Shown here one piece after another: positions 26,401 to 41,100 of a stretch of 64,000 bases of DNA. Where the stretch lies: positions 9,809,656 through 9,873,655 of the forward strand of contig CM082583.2 of NCBI GenBank assembly GCA_040954595.2, in the 5' to 3' direction. Positions within the stretch are counted from its first letter, which is position 1, and each line of letters opens with the position of its first letter. The translations under genes were made by a program, and so were the position numbers. The notes beneath the pieces are model-generated. The model had not been told where the DNA came from. It searched no databases and saw only the letters and a list, made by a program, of their open reading frames with translations. Source of the DNA: Balanoglossus misakiensis (taxonomy: Eukaryota > Animalia > Hemichordata).

Positions 26401-29400
26401 TTCAGTCCCCTGTTATGGTATATTTGGGCAATTCGTGCTTAAACGTTAATATCCAAAGGCGTTGGTCCACGGGCTAATTATGATACAGACAGGGAAGAGC
26501 CAGAGAAAGGGTTTCGCATCCATATATTGTATCCCAGTGTTGAAAAAACCGCTGCCGCTGGTCTTTTCAAATGTAAAGTCTATTTGCAACCTTTGCCGTG
26601 TATAATGAGTTCTTTGAGAAATCCCGGCTACCATTATACATTACCTATCGAACCACAGTCCCTCAAGAAAGAGGGACTGTGATCGAACGCAACTCGTATA
26701 GTGACTGTGTGAATCTCGTTCGAGAACTTCAAAGAAAATCGTACGACAGAGCTTGAATCTTTTGAATAAACCCCATACCAGCGACAGAAATATCTCGATA
26801 TAACATATTTCTGAGAGATTAATCATAGTGATAAATCAATATATTTGCAATAATTCGAAATGTTTGAAAGGACTTCTTTCATATCAACTCTGTCGGGTGT
26901 TTGGGGATGGGTTAATTACTTCCACAGAATGTACACTCTTGGATATGTGCCGCCCGACCATGCCAATTTGAGTCAAGCCCTTTTTACAACTAATCTATTC
27001 ACTGTTAGGGAAGACAGGGAAACATTTGCATACTAAGTGAGTATTGATTGCAAGACAGATGTATTTGCCAGATCATGTGTATTTGCATGTTGTAGGAAGT
27101 GGCACATGTTCCTTTATACCTCGTAATCGCGTACGCCAACTGACCGCGTGAGTTTGACGGATCAGATGAATATCAGCAAGTGTTGCGTCTGTTGTATAGC
27201 TCCGAGGTCGCGGTTGTGATAAGAGTGAACGTCTTTGAGAGGAAAACACGTTTACAGCGAAAGCAGGCATGATTCTAAAATGGAATGCATAGTCAAATTG
27301 AAGTCTCTAAGATGAACATCTAATACACGCAATGGGTCAAGGTTTGGGGAATTAGCTTCCCCAACTACTAGTACTAAATCTCTGATATGAATTCAGAGCA
27401 AATACATTCACTCAGTCCTTTTTGCTCAGTACAGATTATACCCACTGGCAGAGTGATTATAAACGCGAGACGTTGCCTCTCATTTTCCCCAATAAGAGTA
27501 TTCGAAGGCACATACAAAATAATAAAGCTAATTTAGACGGTAATTTTTATATCTGAACAGAGTGTCTTCCTACTTTATTGCGCCTACTTTTGCTGGAGTA
27601 AAGAAAATTAACTCGATAAGTTTGAACTCCAGGCAAAGTATCAATTGGACATGTGAATAAATATTTGAGATACCCTGGAAAGTTAATGCGTTTCTTATAC
27701 AGCAAGAAAAATATCCAGTACAATATTGTCAGTGGAAGTCAGTGGAAGTTTACGAAGGTCGATGCACTGCACAAATCCGCACAAATTATATTCCAGAGAA
27801 TCCACCAAGCGCAGATGAACGAACCTGACCTTCACAAACGTTCTCATCAAATCACTTTGACTCCGGCATGCGTCACGTATAAGCTCATTTATGAACTCGG
27901 GGTTGTCGTTAATGAGGAAGTGCACCCGATCTCAGAAAGGATCACCAGAATGACGCATTCTAAATGAGCATGTATATTTTCTCAAACTAAATTCGACGAT
28001 ATGTCCCGCAAACAATTTCCTTATGGATGGCACTCCGAGACTCAGGAGACGTCCACTGATTACCAGAGGCAGAATTCGATAAGTTAAACCCATCTAAAGA
28101 TATTGCGTTGTTACTCTGATTAAATTCATGTTTGCAAATCCCAAACGATGGATAAGAATAATGGATTTCTGTCAGGTATTTTGTTTTCAAATCTCTACGA
28201 ATATTGTTGGCAGCGATATGAACGACCGGCCGTAGGAAGGATTTTAACTGTGAAGGTCACAGTCTGTTCGACGGCAGTTTCATGTTATCAGTTAACATAA
28301 ATTGCTCCACATTTTATCAGCGAAAACTAAAACACAGCGATCCAATTTAAACAAAAACACGTATGAACACTGACAATGATGTATGGATAACCGTCGTGGG
28401 GAACACATTCACTCACTTGCAATAACACTGTGGTTGAGATTAACCGAAAGCAATCCGCGTGGTGTCAAAATGTCACTGGTGTTTTGGTAGTTGCACGATC
28501 CGAGTAAGATATGAATATTCTCTTGTGTATACAAAGAGCACCTACTCTTTCGAATCTCGCCAAACTCGGAAACCGAACTCCTTACAATGTAAGTTGTTAC
28601 CTGATAATTGGTCCTGTATATCTTCAAGTGAAAACGGAATCGACAATATCAGGTCATTTTTGAAGAGGTTCAGGGACCTCTTTTCCGTGAGCGTAGGCTT
28701 TCAATAGCTATTACAGGTAATAAAACGTAAACCTCGATTAGGTAAACGTATAGTCAAGCACACATGTCCTTAAATAACATCATTATAAAAACAAGAGTAG
28801 GATTACTAACATTGCTGTAGCGTTTGTGTCTCTTCCAACGTCTGGCTCTAGGTCTTGGTATTTAGACATGACGTCCATTAGGTTTATTTTGATAAATGTT
28901 CCGGATACCATTCTAATTACCGCAAGCAATTGCATGACAAGAGAGTCTGTAGAGCCTGACAAATTGCAGAATTGACCTTTTAAAGTACACAGTTGTTCAT
29001 AGCTGACCCGGAAACCAGAATTGTTTGCATAAAGTACATACGGCCCCACTTGTATTCGCCATGTTATACTACTCTAAAATCCCTTCAATACATATTCGCA
29101 TAACTTGTTAGAAAAACATCTTCATCTAAACTCTTGAAATATTTAGTAGTACCATGTATCAAATAGTTCCGGTATTATAGATTACACTTGTACCATAAGT
29201 GAATTATCTATACCTGTTTTACATTAAACGGTTTCGAAAATGCTGTCCCCGAACTGACAAATTGACAAACAGACCTTTTTTCCAACAGTTATATTACACT
29301 GTAATTTGAAAACAGGGCTGCATGTTAAACTGTAGCTTGTCGAGACATTTTATGTCTCAAGGGTTTGACGCTTAATATATATATCTGTTCTCTGACATTT

Positions 29401-32400
29401 TCTACGTGTGGTACATAGTATAACATTGCGTGTACCCAAAACCACTTACTCGCTAAATTTTATTTCCATTAAAGATTTATCCGAAATACGCTAACGCCGA
29501 TGAACGCGTTGACCAAGTAATTCGGCGAATAAAATTGACGTGTTGAGATATGGCAGCACAAAGTAACGAGGATTGAAATGGATTATAGGCCTACTCGAAA
29601 ATAGTTTTGTAGGCAGACGTCAGGTAACGGCTGAAATTATATAAATGTTGCTTTACGTAATCCGAGAGCTTTATTTCCGCTCCACATGCACAGAAACGAT
29701 GGAAAGGCACCCAGCTATTGCCGTAAACAGTATGCGGTTTACGACGATGCTTTATTTTTCTGGGGGAGGGGGGTCTTTCTCATTGTAAAATTAGACGGAT
29801 ATTTCATATATCACGTGACATGCGTGTGTGTTATGACAGCAAAAATGCCCTGTAGCGAACCACTCATGTTTACTGTAATACGGATTTCATGTCTTCAGTT
29901 TAATGGAAATATAGTACTGTAGTCGTGTAGGCGGGCATTTTGTGTGTGTGTAGTGTTACATCCTATGAGGTGTTGCAAAATATCTAGGTAGGAAAATTTT
30001 TATTCGGGGTCGATCGATGGCTTTCAAGACAACTTGAACTAAACGGTGTGATTTGGTGACACTTGAATCTTGTAAATTAATTCTACAAGGTATAAGTCAG
30101 ACTGTGGTAACATCAATCCCCTTCAAATCGATAACGCAGACTTCAGATGGCACATAGTGAGCATTGGGTGCGTGTCATCAGACATGCAGCTCTGCAAAAC
30201 AGGAAAATCGGTAACCCGTGGCATTGATATTTCACTCGGAAATGTAAATAAGTCACAACCCAATCACAACCCTTGATGGCATTTGAAGGTCTGCGCGTGG
30301 GCGGTTGCTCCAGATTAGGAAAATTCTGTTTTTGCTGAAAGACACCGTTCTCTCGAGACTTTATGATTTAAACATGTACTGGTTTAACCATCCATTTGGT
30401 CAATTTGTATTGTAATGTCCTTGCATGTGAAATAGATGACCCTTACCCAACTGTTTGACCTTCAAAACACCTGCATGAAAAAAGTAACCCGTCTCGCAAA
30501 AAACAACAAACACCACCACCACCATCATCATCAACAACAACAAAACACCGGTCCACCCCTCCCAACGCTAGAAATAGTGTTTCTTTGTCTTTGTTTTGTC
30601 GAAAAGCAGTCGCCATGTAATCAGACACCACGTGAATGAACATGGTTCTGAACGTACATTCAAATCACCAAGGATATATATGTAGTCGAGTTTCTTAAAT
30701 TCCTTGAAGTCCTTGCGGAGGCAAGCAGAAATCTTGAATTTTTACTCCCGCTGTGTCAATTTCACAGCTAGGAAAACAGGGTCAATATAGTGAATCGAGC
30801 CGATCAATGCCCCGGTGATGAGATGGTGTTGAAATAGATATCGATAGCATCTTTTCCTGTTGGCTATGGGCCACCGTTACGGCCGACATTACCTGAATTT
30901 TAATTGGCGTGGAAAATGTAGACCCCGAGTTGAAAATGGTTATATCTGAAAGATTCTACATTATTACGGTTGTCTCAATTTGTCATACGCAACATTAAAA
31001 CCCCGGGGTGACTTTGCGGCGGTCACGTGATAGAGCCCGACGACGTAAATGAGGCAGTTACTAGATCCCAGCGACGCTTAATTGCCTACACTGTTTTTAT
31101 GTGGTCAATTCTGAATTTTCTACAGGTAATAGACTCCAATATACTTTCACTGTGACATCTGTAAATCATGCACCCGGTGACGATAAACCGTCTCACCTAC
31201 AGCAGATGTGTATTCTGATATATTTCTACGCTTATGAACGATGACATTGAACAGAACATCTGGCCATCAGATGGAGAATAATTTTGAAAAAAGGGTCAGT
31301 TTGAATTATTAAAAAGCTATCAAATGGCTCACATTGCCTCAACTGTTTTCAACGTTTTCTTGGGGATTCTACAGTCCGAACTGTCTGACGATAAAGAGTA
31401 GAGCGGCACATCTACGCGCATGTATAGATTACTTAGTAAAATGGAGATCGAGATAATTGTACAACTGATGAGCGGGCAGAACTTTTTGAGTGGAGAGCCC
31501 ATTGACTTGTTGTTTACTTCTCTTTTTTTATCTGCCACTGTGTGAATTGCGGCAACAATGTCTTCGTTAACTGTGCTGTGAGATCTCCGGGAAATAATGA
31601 CCATGTCCCAAGATGCACCTATTGGCGAAGTAATTCGACTCTCGAAAAGTGGAAAGTGTGGTGCATTTATGAAAAGACCAATTACGAAAAACGAGATCGC
31701 GTGATTATCGCAAAATGCGAAAGTCCAGCGGGGGAGATTTTAAAAAAAGCAAATAGAACTCTAAGGGCCTTGTTATGATATAGGCATCTGCCTTTTCCGC
31801 GATTCGTAAAAGCCCAATGCTGAAAGATAAGTCTGGTTGGTAGATGTTTTAATAATTTCTCCTGATGTCAATTATGTTTCGTTTTCTTTTTACATCCGTT
31901 TCTCGTGGAGTTAAAACATTAAAATAACGGATAAGTATATATCGGAGTGTCTGATTTGCTTCGAAGAAGTCGCTCCCTTTCGCGACCCAAGTCAGTTAAA
32001 GGTGACACGGCTCCAATGCGAACGGTACTTTTAAAAGGTCTTAGTCGCAGTAACAGTGGATGCAAGTGCAATATATATAATCGTGCAAACTTGGTGTTCA
32101 TAGCATGGTTCATCTCCAATATGCAAATGAACCCCTCTTTTATTTCACCGACAGAGTGCACTTGTAACGTGAAACACATGCACGGCCGTGAATCTGTATG
32201 CTAAGTAGCCTACTTGTTGTGGAGAGTATTTTTTTTCTGTCTCCCCGACGGCGCTGATAATTTCGAGTGCTGTTGATCTGGTGGGTGGCTTCATTTCATT
32301 GTCATCTTGAAAAAGAAATAACACTTCAATTGAAGTATATAGTTGGTCATCGACATTGGAAAATCATACGTCATGAAAATCAATGAGATATTCAAGCGTT

Positions 32401-33772
32401 AACTTCAAGGTATTTCATATCATTGCGGCAGTGCACTTTATAGCAGGAGAGAGGCCGCGGAATTATAACCATCGAAGACCCTCCAAAAGCTCGGCTGCTT
32501 TCCTCTTATGTGATATTACCCAGTGGGGACCCTTCTAAATGTTACATGGATTGGAAGATAAATGTTACTTTTAGTGGAAATCACACAGATCAAACACGTC
32601 AATCAGTTAACAAAGAGGCAGATAGGCGGTCGCCGTTAGAATGGAATAGATCGCCGCTAAAATCGTTTGGTAAATCAGTATGAACTTGGAATCCTGAAAG
32701 CGTGTTATTAAGATTAATCTTCAGGGACATCAGTAAAATATTGTGGAGGTTGGATCCTAACGGTTGACACTGACATGTGGAGAGGGACGTGTGTTATATT
32801 TGCATGTGTTTTAATAAACATAACACCCCGAATGATCTGACATGAAGTAGTTGTGATCGGGCTTAATGCCGGTTGCCCACACTGCCATAAATGTCGACTT
32901 AGTCACATTTTCGTTTCGTGTTTACAAATTGACCCGACAAGTTTTCTCGCGAGTCGGCTCAACGGCATGTCAATAAATCTTGTTTATCTCGAGATTCGCA
33001 GTCATTCTTTTGAAATTGTGGAACGCTTGGGTCGTGTTGCCAAAACTGTAATAAATGTACATTTTCGTGCAATTTTCTCTCAATGATGAGACGATTTTTC
33101 ATTGTTGCATATTTATTTTTAAAAATCATGAATTTTAATCCCGTTGAAATTTTATTACATCATCTTCCTCAAGGCAATTAACATCATTTCACTTTTTTTC
33201 TGGTGTACTAAAAATCATTTCATGCACCCCGCATTTGCAATCTGGCTCAATCATCCTAATCATCCAGGCGTTTTGGTGACGTCAGTTGTTGGTTGGCAAT
33301 CCTGGCGGACGATATTTGTGTATTAATTATAGCATTAATCTATTCCGCAGGATGGCCAATTTCTTTTTGTGGACGTCATAGAAATCTCCTGTTTCCATAG
33401 TAAGTAAAACAAGAAAAAGTCGATATGTAGATGAGCAACTTAGAAAACAAGCTGATTGTCATCTCTAATATGTCGGCATAAAAGATTGGCGTGTGCATTT
33501 TGAGATTGCTTTTTTTTCAGACAAACGCATTATAATCGCACTTTTGTATTTTACCACGTATCCGTGGCTCGGAAGCAGGAACAATGGGGTGCACTGATGG
33601 TCAAACTGTGTATTGCACATCAAAGTCTGCGAAGCCGTAATTGAGAGGGAGTTACTCTCCCCGGAAGGTAGTGCGCATGAGCAGGCTGCAATAGGTATCA
33701 CGACTCCAGAAGCACGGCGAGGTTTTTATTAAAGGAAACGCACTCTTCGAGTTAGTCGTTCTTGAGGAGCCG

Positions 33773-34056
33773 TATATATACATACACAGACCTGACTGTC
33801 GTCTGCATGATAGAGTATAGCAGCGTCAGACCGCCTCTGCCTTCGAGCAACAGCGAGAACGTTTAATACTCGGTAAAGTAGGCTTCGTTTAGTTATTATT
33901 TAGTGAATTTGAGAGCAGGCTGAAGTCTTTATAGGAATTTTCAGAGTTAACAACTCCACGTCATTTCATGCGCTATTCTGTTCGCAAACCGCGCATTATA
34001 CACGGGATCGTCGCGCCGAATGCAGATACCCCTGAAGAAGCTTCTCATCACCAAAT
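33773..34056 (+). promoter_or_regulatory. Putative TATA box and 5'UTR intron of the GPCR
   Basis: TATATATA at 33773-33780; donor-like G|GTAAAG at ~33872; acceptor-like TGCAG| at 34025, 31 nt before the ATG. Confidence 0.35.
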
Positions 34057-35118
34057 ATGTCCACGGAGGAGACCGTCGCGTTTCGAATCCAGTATGTGAT
34101 GAACGCTACTCAGGCTCCAGCGGGTGTTTCCGCGGCAACCACCGAAACGGAGGTGAGCACTGATGACGGGGATGTGTACGCCACTCTGTCGAGGGTGCTG
34201 CCCGCGGTTTACATCGCTATCTGTCTGTTGGGAACAGTCGGCAATGGACTAGTGATCATCGTTCTACTGATGCGTGCCAAGCTGAGGAACGTGCCCACAC
34301 TGTTCATGCTGAACCTGGCCATCGCCGACCTGTTATTCATGCTGACCCTCCCCTTCATGGCGCACGCGACGGCCAAGCGCAGCTGGGGATACGGCCTGGC
34401 CGTGTGTAAATTTGTGAAGGGATTTGACGGCATGAACCAGTTTACGGGAATATACATTCTGACAGCCATGAGTGTGGACCGCTACCTGGCCATCGTTCGC
34501 CCAATGACGTGCAGGCGCATCAGGACGGTCAGGCGAGCAAAACTGGTGAGCTGTCTCATCTGGACGGTGTCTTTCCTGGTCAGTCTGCCGCTGTGGATCT
34601 TCGCGTCGGTAACCAGGAGCCACAAGGGTAACCTCTTCTGCGAAGTGAGGTGGCCGAACCCGACTGAGAGTTCGCTCATCTTCCTAGTGTATGCCTTTTC
34701 CATCGGTTTCGTCTTGCCCCTGGGGGTCATCGCCGTCAGCTACTTCAAGTTGTGCGTGCACCTGTGGACTGTGCAGAAGTCGGCCACGAGGCTGGCCATG
34801 GCGCCGTTTGTGCGCGAGGGCTCCCGCAGGCTGACCATAATCGTCATCATCATAGTCGTCGCCTTCGTGGTCTGCTGGCTGCCGTTCTACATCACCAATT
34901 TCATCGCTCAGAGTTTACCGCCAAATCGGAAGCCGTCGTACCCTCTCTTCATGGGATACGTCTTCGCGCTCTTTCTGAGCTACCTCAATAGCTGTCTGAA
35001 CCCCATCATCTATTCGTTTCTGGGCGCACGATTCACGAACATAAAAACCGACAACAAACGGAGATCGAATGCTACAGCGTCGTGCAGACTTCCCAGGATA
35101 GCGGAAACCCATATTTGA
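34057..35118 (+). CDS. Class A peptide GPCR, somatostatin/allatostatin-C receptor-like; coding region intronless
   Basis: 353-aa ORF with 7 TM segments: GNGLV, LNLAIADLLF, C..DGMNQFTG..LTAMSVDRYLAIV, FVVCWLPFY, NSCLNPIIY. The TM3 DGxNQFT signature is typical of SSTR/AstC receptors. Confidence 0.9.
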   Translation: MSTEETVAFRIQYVMNATQAPAGVSAATTETEVSTDDGDVYATLSRVLPAVYIAICLLGTVGNGLVIIVLLMRAKLRNVPTLFMLNLAIADLLFMLTLPFMAHATAKRSWGYGLAVCKFVKGFDGMNQFTGIYILTAMSVDRYLAIVRPMTCRRIRTVRRAKLVSCLIWTVSFLVSLPLWIFASVTRSHKGNLFCEVRWPNPTESSLIFLVYAFSIGFVLPLGVIAVSYFKLCVHLWTVQKSATRLAMAPFVREGSRRLTIIVIIIVVAFVVCWLPFYITNFIAQSLPPNRKPSYPLFMGYVFALFLSYLNSCLNPIIYSFLGARFTNIKTDNKRRSNATASCRLPRIAETHI

Positions 35119-38100
35119 CTGACCGGGGAAAAGACTTGTCATTGTCGTGGTAAAATGCGCGACGGCTAACATTTTGGATGACCGTTTTACGATCGTTTAA
35201 ATGATCGTACATTTTTAATGTCCACGTATACGACCGTGCCTTTTACACTGCGTGGACACCGATCGTAAACAAAATTGCCGCTAATAGGCAGTTTTCTGAG
35301 ACGCTGGCTTGGCATCGCTTATTTTCACATTATCTCTTGCAATGTAATAGAAGCAACAGGAGATAACGATTGTCTCAAAGGCATCACTGCCCAACAACGA
35401 ATACTTTGAACGATACATACATGAACAAGTCTGCGGAACGGTGTTCTTCAAACTCCGGAGTATGCTTTAATAGAAAGCGCCCGCGAAAAAGACATCATGC
35501 AGAACGACGTTTTAATTCAATAACTGCCTTATACTAATAGTTTTCTGTTAGTTTATTCACTGTACAATACCCTTGTTCTCGGTAAACTGGCGTCGCCCAA
35601 TTTCTGTTCAGCCAGAGCATACAAGGCTACCGTACGGTTAAACATTCTAAACTCTGACGGGAAACTTGTTATCTGGAGCACGAAGCAGAGGCCAACACTT
35701 GTGGCGCATATCAAAACTAAAGATGGCTCTTCGATTTCACTGCGTGGTACACACAGGGTAAATGTTCAATAAAAACGATTAACCTTTAGATAAAGGTGTC
35801 AAGTCATTAAAGTCCTGCTGGTTTCTAAACACTTAATGATAAGAGAATTTCCAGGATCAGCCACAGGGGTATTTGTTGTCATTGCAAGTGAAGCCCACAG
35901 TCGCGCCGGTAGATACATACAGAGGAAATCGACTTGGCACCCTTGTTGTGTATATGTGTGTGTGTACCATGTTCGTATATTCATAAGTGGCATTTGCTTA
36001 TAGTTTATGTGCACATCTTGATAGCGAAAACCAGTTGCATCGTTATGAAATATTTTCTGTATTGTTGTGAATTTTGTACCTTGATCTAGTGAAGAACGTT
36101 GGAAAGTTGTGAAACACTCTCTCACCTATACCAGCAGATTGTGTTGTCAACTTTATAAATCACTATTTTACGTCACTTATGTCGTATGGACAACCCACAT
36201 ACACATATGCTTACGCCAATACACAATATACTGATCTTTCCTTTTAAGAACGATTTTTTTTTAAATTTTGTATATACATGTTCTAGTATCATAATACACA
36301 TCAACATCTTTATACAGTTTTGTATACTAGTACTTTGTACGTATGCATGAAGTTCCCCCATTTTAATGGTTCTGATATATTTCTATACTCGTTATTTTAT
36401 TATGAAATATAAATGTGCAATTAATAAAGATTTATTCCAGTCAACATGCGCAGTCATGGTCCTAACCACGACAACGTTGGCTCTTATTTCGGGGATTCAT
36501 ATTAGCGTTCAACTTTCCAAAAGATATATCGTACTCAGTGCTATGGAAAGCCATGTGTTGAACTGGTGCATTATTCTGGTTGTGACAACCCTATTTAGGT
36601 AAAGCCACGGTATTTAGCCCCCTAAGTTATTGGCACGCCAACATTTGTCATGTATGAATGCTGCTCGAGGCGCCAAGCTATTCAAATTATCAGGTGTACG
36701 TAACTTTGCATTCTGTTGGCGCAGGGATTAATCGCCTTGACACGAATTGCCTCATTTTGGCGGCGTGAAGTCACAGAGGTCGGTTTGCCAAGTCTGCGGC
36801 GTAAAACACGCGGTAAATTGTCAAAATAGGCTTCGCAAAATGGATCCTAATAGTCCCATTACGCGAATGGTCGGCTTTTATAGCGTTCATTTATAATGAG
36901 TTATTTTCAAGTAATTTTGAGATATTTATTTTGAAGTATTGAAGTATTTTCAGGTGTTGCTTCCACAGTGAAATGAAGCTTAGCGATGTGTCATTATCAA
37001 AAGGTACCCGTATGCACTGGTTTTTACCTGTGCGATTTGTAATGACGCCAAGCCGTCGGTTCATCACCAGACAATCTGGAGAAACGTGGGCAGATGTGCG
37101 GAAATCGTTTACCACAGACGGGGAATTGTCATCTTATTTCTTACCTGTGCATAAATCAGTCTGTTACCCTCGGGCGAGGGTTATATTCCCGATGAAATGT
37201 CGTCGACCTATCTGATACTCCGAAGTTTGAGTGACGTTAATGCAGTTTTCTCTGTCGGCTGGCGTTTTAACAGAGCAGGACAGATGTATATAAAAGCTCC
37301 GTTTGCTTGTTTTCCCTTTAGCTACGTTTTCAGTCTTTCCGGTCCAGGTGTATCAAGTTGAGTTTGTTGTTGGGTTCTCGAAAGCGCTGTATCTACACTG
37401 TAGTTTTTTTTAAATCAACCTCTACTTCGTACAATCAGCAATACTGATAGAGAAGCGTCTCCCTTGAAAAAAAAACTAAGTATAGGAAATGATACATTAG
37501 AAATGCATTTCGCGGCTTATGTTAACCTTCCAGCAACCCCCACTTTGCTTCAAAGTTCACAATTCTCAGACAATTAATCGGAATTCGCCAAGCAAGTCCC
37601 ATGTGGAGAAAACTATGGACTTCTATACGATTGCGTGTCTCCCTTTAATTAAGGCTTCGAAGGGTACAATTCAATTCATCGTTTTTCACTCGAATGTGCG
37701 GTTTAGAATTGGTAGGTCATCGGTATCTTATGATTTGCTCAGAGAAAGTGCTTATTTGTGCTCGTCAAATAACCAAGCACGCAATCGGAGCGGGAAGTGG
37801 CTCTCAAGGAACGAATTCTAATTCCACGGGGCTTTTTGCTCGGATTATTACTTGAGATAAGATGTAGTCCTTGTTACATGTTATATACTAGTAGTAGTTC
37901 CGTCAATTATCAGTCGAACCCCACATACGCATTGACACAAACTTAGAAGGAACGCTTCTCATTCTATGCAAAACAGGCACAGTTTTTCAAGAGACCATCG
38001 ACCTATTGACTAGACCTTTGGATGACCTATAGTCTACCTGTTCTTATAAAATGGCATTATCATATTACCCCTACAATATTTAACATCACTTATTTGCTGC

Positions 38101-41100
38101 CAGAATCATTAAAACCCTTTCAGACCGCATTATGCCGAATAACGTGCATAATCAAATGCTTTCTTAGAAATCTCTGAGGTAGATGGGAACCCTGTTGCGT
38201 GTCTGTCGTTCAGGCTGTGCCCAACAAGCCCTGTCACGCCTGACCCGCCCCGACCCGTGACATAATGATAGGCGATATCAGAGGTTGAAAAAAATCAAAG
38301 GAAACATTTCTTTTCTCAACCAAACCCTTGCCGTACCCTTCCTTCTGAAGCGCTGTTCTGAGTTTCGACTCATGTTACAGCCAGCACGACACAAACGCTC
38401 TTTTCCTAGTATTTATCTGGGATGTAACTTAATTGGATGGTCCCAATAGCAGGTGCGAATAGGCGACCCAGTCAACAAAAGCCACAGACGTAATATACGG
38501 AGCTATTGAAAGCGGCAAAATGTTATTAAATGTCAAATGCTGTTCCCCGGGCAGGTCACAAATTTAAAGATAAGGGATTATTTCACTTCAAGCGGCGCCC
38601 TGAATTATTTGAGATAAGAATAATGACTTACACACACGTTTCATATACACACATTTCTAGGGACGTGCGCGTTTGTATGTTGAAACCGACGCAGGACACA
38701 GCGGTCGCTAATAATACGTTTCCAGATGAAACTAAATACACGATATACAGCTCTCAGGATGACTCCATGCAAGGCCATAAAGGGCGATTACCCCTGAGCA
38801 AGCAAATGACACACGTATCAGATCCACTCTCTCTTTAATGACAGCGTCTACAACTCGTATTACGGACTCAAAGGTTTATGAGAGATAACAATCTCTGCGT
38901 GACGTGACATGACATTACATGGTATAACATAACACCTCGGATCAGTCATGCTACAGACCAACATCACTACATGTATAACGGAACCGCCCCTAGTCCCTGG
39001 CAACTGCATGACAACCATTTCTCAGTGTGAAACACCGAGGCTGAAGAGCGCTCAGACTGAGTGATAGCAAGCGCACTGACAGATACGATCCGGCATCAAG
39101 TATTCCCGTTGATTCCCCGTCAAGTGTGTGCGCCATAAATGCAGGACAAAACGAACGCAAACCTTGCATTAAAGCTAATCTCCCTTGCAGACATTACTCA
39201 CGGAAATTGCATTCGTGCCAAATCCTTTGACTCGCCCTGCCAACAGATGTTGCCAAAGAAATTAAAGCATGCCATTGAAAATCCGCTCGGAACGATTGCA
39301 TTGAAGTACTCTGTTTTTACGGTGAAATTTACGTCATTGTAACAATGCTCCATTGAATGGTCACAGCAAACCATTCAATGATTTATAACAGTACAATACC
39401 ACCCTACTTTTATTAATTTTTTTAACTGATAAATTTATAGGGTTAATCCCAGCAGGCCATTCGGGGTTAAGCCCTACCATTGTTCGATAAGTAGTCTGAG
39501 CGACTTTTATGTTACTTTTATCTCTCCGTGAGTTGTCGATGATGACAGGTAAATGTGATTATTGCTCGGGGTGGCTCTTTGGGGTTTGGGTCTACATGAT
39601 GATGTACATGTAGGCCTACATGTATTCCCAAGATAATTGCCACCTTTGGTCACGCAAAACAAAGTATCCAGCAGACCCTTTTGCTGACGACGCTAATTTA
39701 TTTTTGCTCTTCTAAATCCCCGCATATTACCGTTCGCCACAATACCAGGGCCATCAAAGTGGACCGGCCACTGAAGTCAGCGAAATCAGTCAGTGATGGA
39801 AAAGCGGCACGGGGAAACTGTGAAAGGGTGCCTGTTTGAGTAAATGAGGATGCAAAGGAGCGAATAAAAGCAATTTCCGACAATTGCAGTCAATTATATC
39901 ACATGTTATGGGCACCGCAGGATAGCCAATTGACTGTACCATCTGAAACTCAATAATGCAACGTCAAGACAAGATCCGTCCACACAAAGTACAATACCAC
40001 CCCACTTTTATTATTTTTTTAACTGATAAATTTATGGGCTTAAATGAACATTCGCCCATGTCGTACAAAATGTGTTTTTGCCTGAAACAAAATGTGAACC
40101 GATATATGATTATGACTGTGCAACTCTAAACCTCTAAGCCCCTGTGACCGTGTGACGCCATATGTGTGAACTGACTTTTATTGATGTACGTCAAACCGAT
40201 GCTGTTTGAGTCACGTACTCGCCGTGTATATAGTTCGTCTATACCTTTGTATACTGCAGAAGTTCTCTTTTAATGAGAATGCCAGACGCAAATGTCAGCT
40301 CACCGTGATTATTTTGACACCCTGACACGACAGCCAAAGGGTTAACCTGCATCGATTTATACAATTTGTTATCACGAATCAAAATTTATCCGGGAAGAGG
40401 CGTTTTTGATTGGACTATTAGTACCGGTTGCCATGGGTCCCTGAACACTGATTACCTCAGTGCACATCCAAAATGGTCCAATTCAAAATTACCAGGTACG
40501 AAAGGCAATTTAAAAAGCAACAATAAGAATGCGGCTATCTTGAACCACCTAAAATGACGGTACCAGGTGCCCGGAATGGATAAGTGTACATGCCCTGCTA
40601 GGATGTGCAACTGCTTTGACGCGCCCTGGTTGACACAGTATGCCCCCGTGCGCTTATTAGACAGTGTTGACCAGTCTTGTATCGTACAAATTATTTATGG
40701 GATGTTCTAAAAACACACAGTTTAAGCTTGCGGCACCGACATCGATGACGTAGCTTTTCACACCTCTATGACGATGAACATTAACCCTTCAACAGGAGCC
40801 GAAGAAACCGTGGCTGTGCGTGTGCTGTTGCCCGGACAACAGCAGAACGAGATTATAAGTCACGTTCTTTGAGAGACTGTTGAGAAACTACTCGAAGAGA
40901 GAAAGGCCGCCGCATACGATATTTTTTTTTACTTCGCACACGAGAGTAAATAGCTGGTGAACTAAGTAATGTGACACGTTTGTTTCCAACAAATTATATG
41001 AAATCTGGCAATGTTTGTGTCGCCACCAACGGCAGGTATGGCAAATTCTGAGACTTGTGGAAATTTGACATATGTTTTTACACGGGAGCTGAGCAAAAAG

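Noticed and set aside
25725-29049. Scattered 60-110 aa ORFs
   Set aside because: No recognisable domain and no consistent splice chain could be built, so not called as CDS.
30436-30643. Poly-His/Gln ORF
   Set aside because: Arises from a short (CAC/CAT/CAA)n simple repeat.
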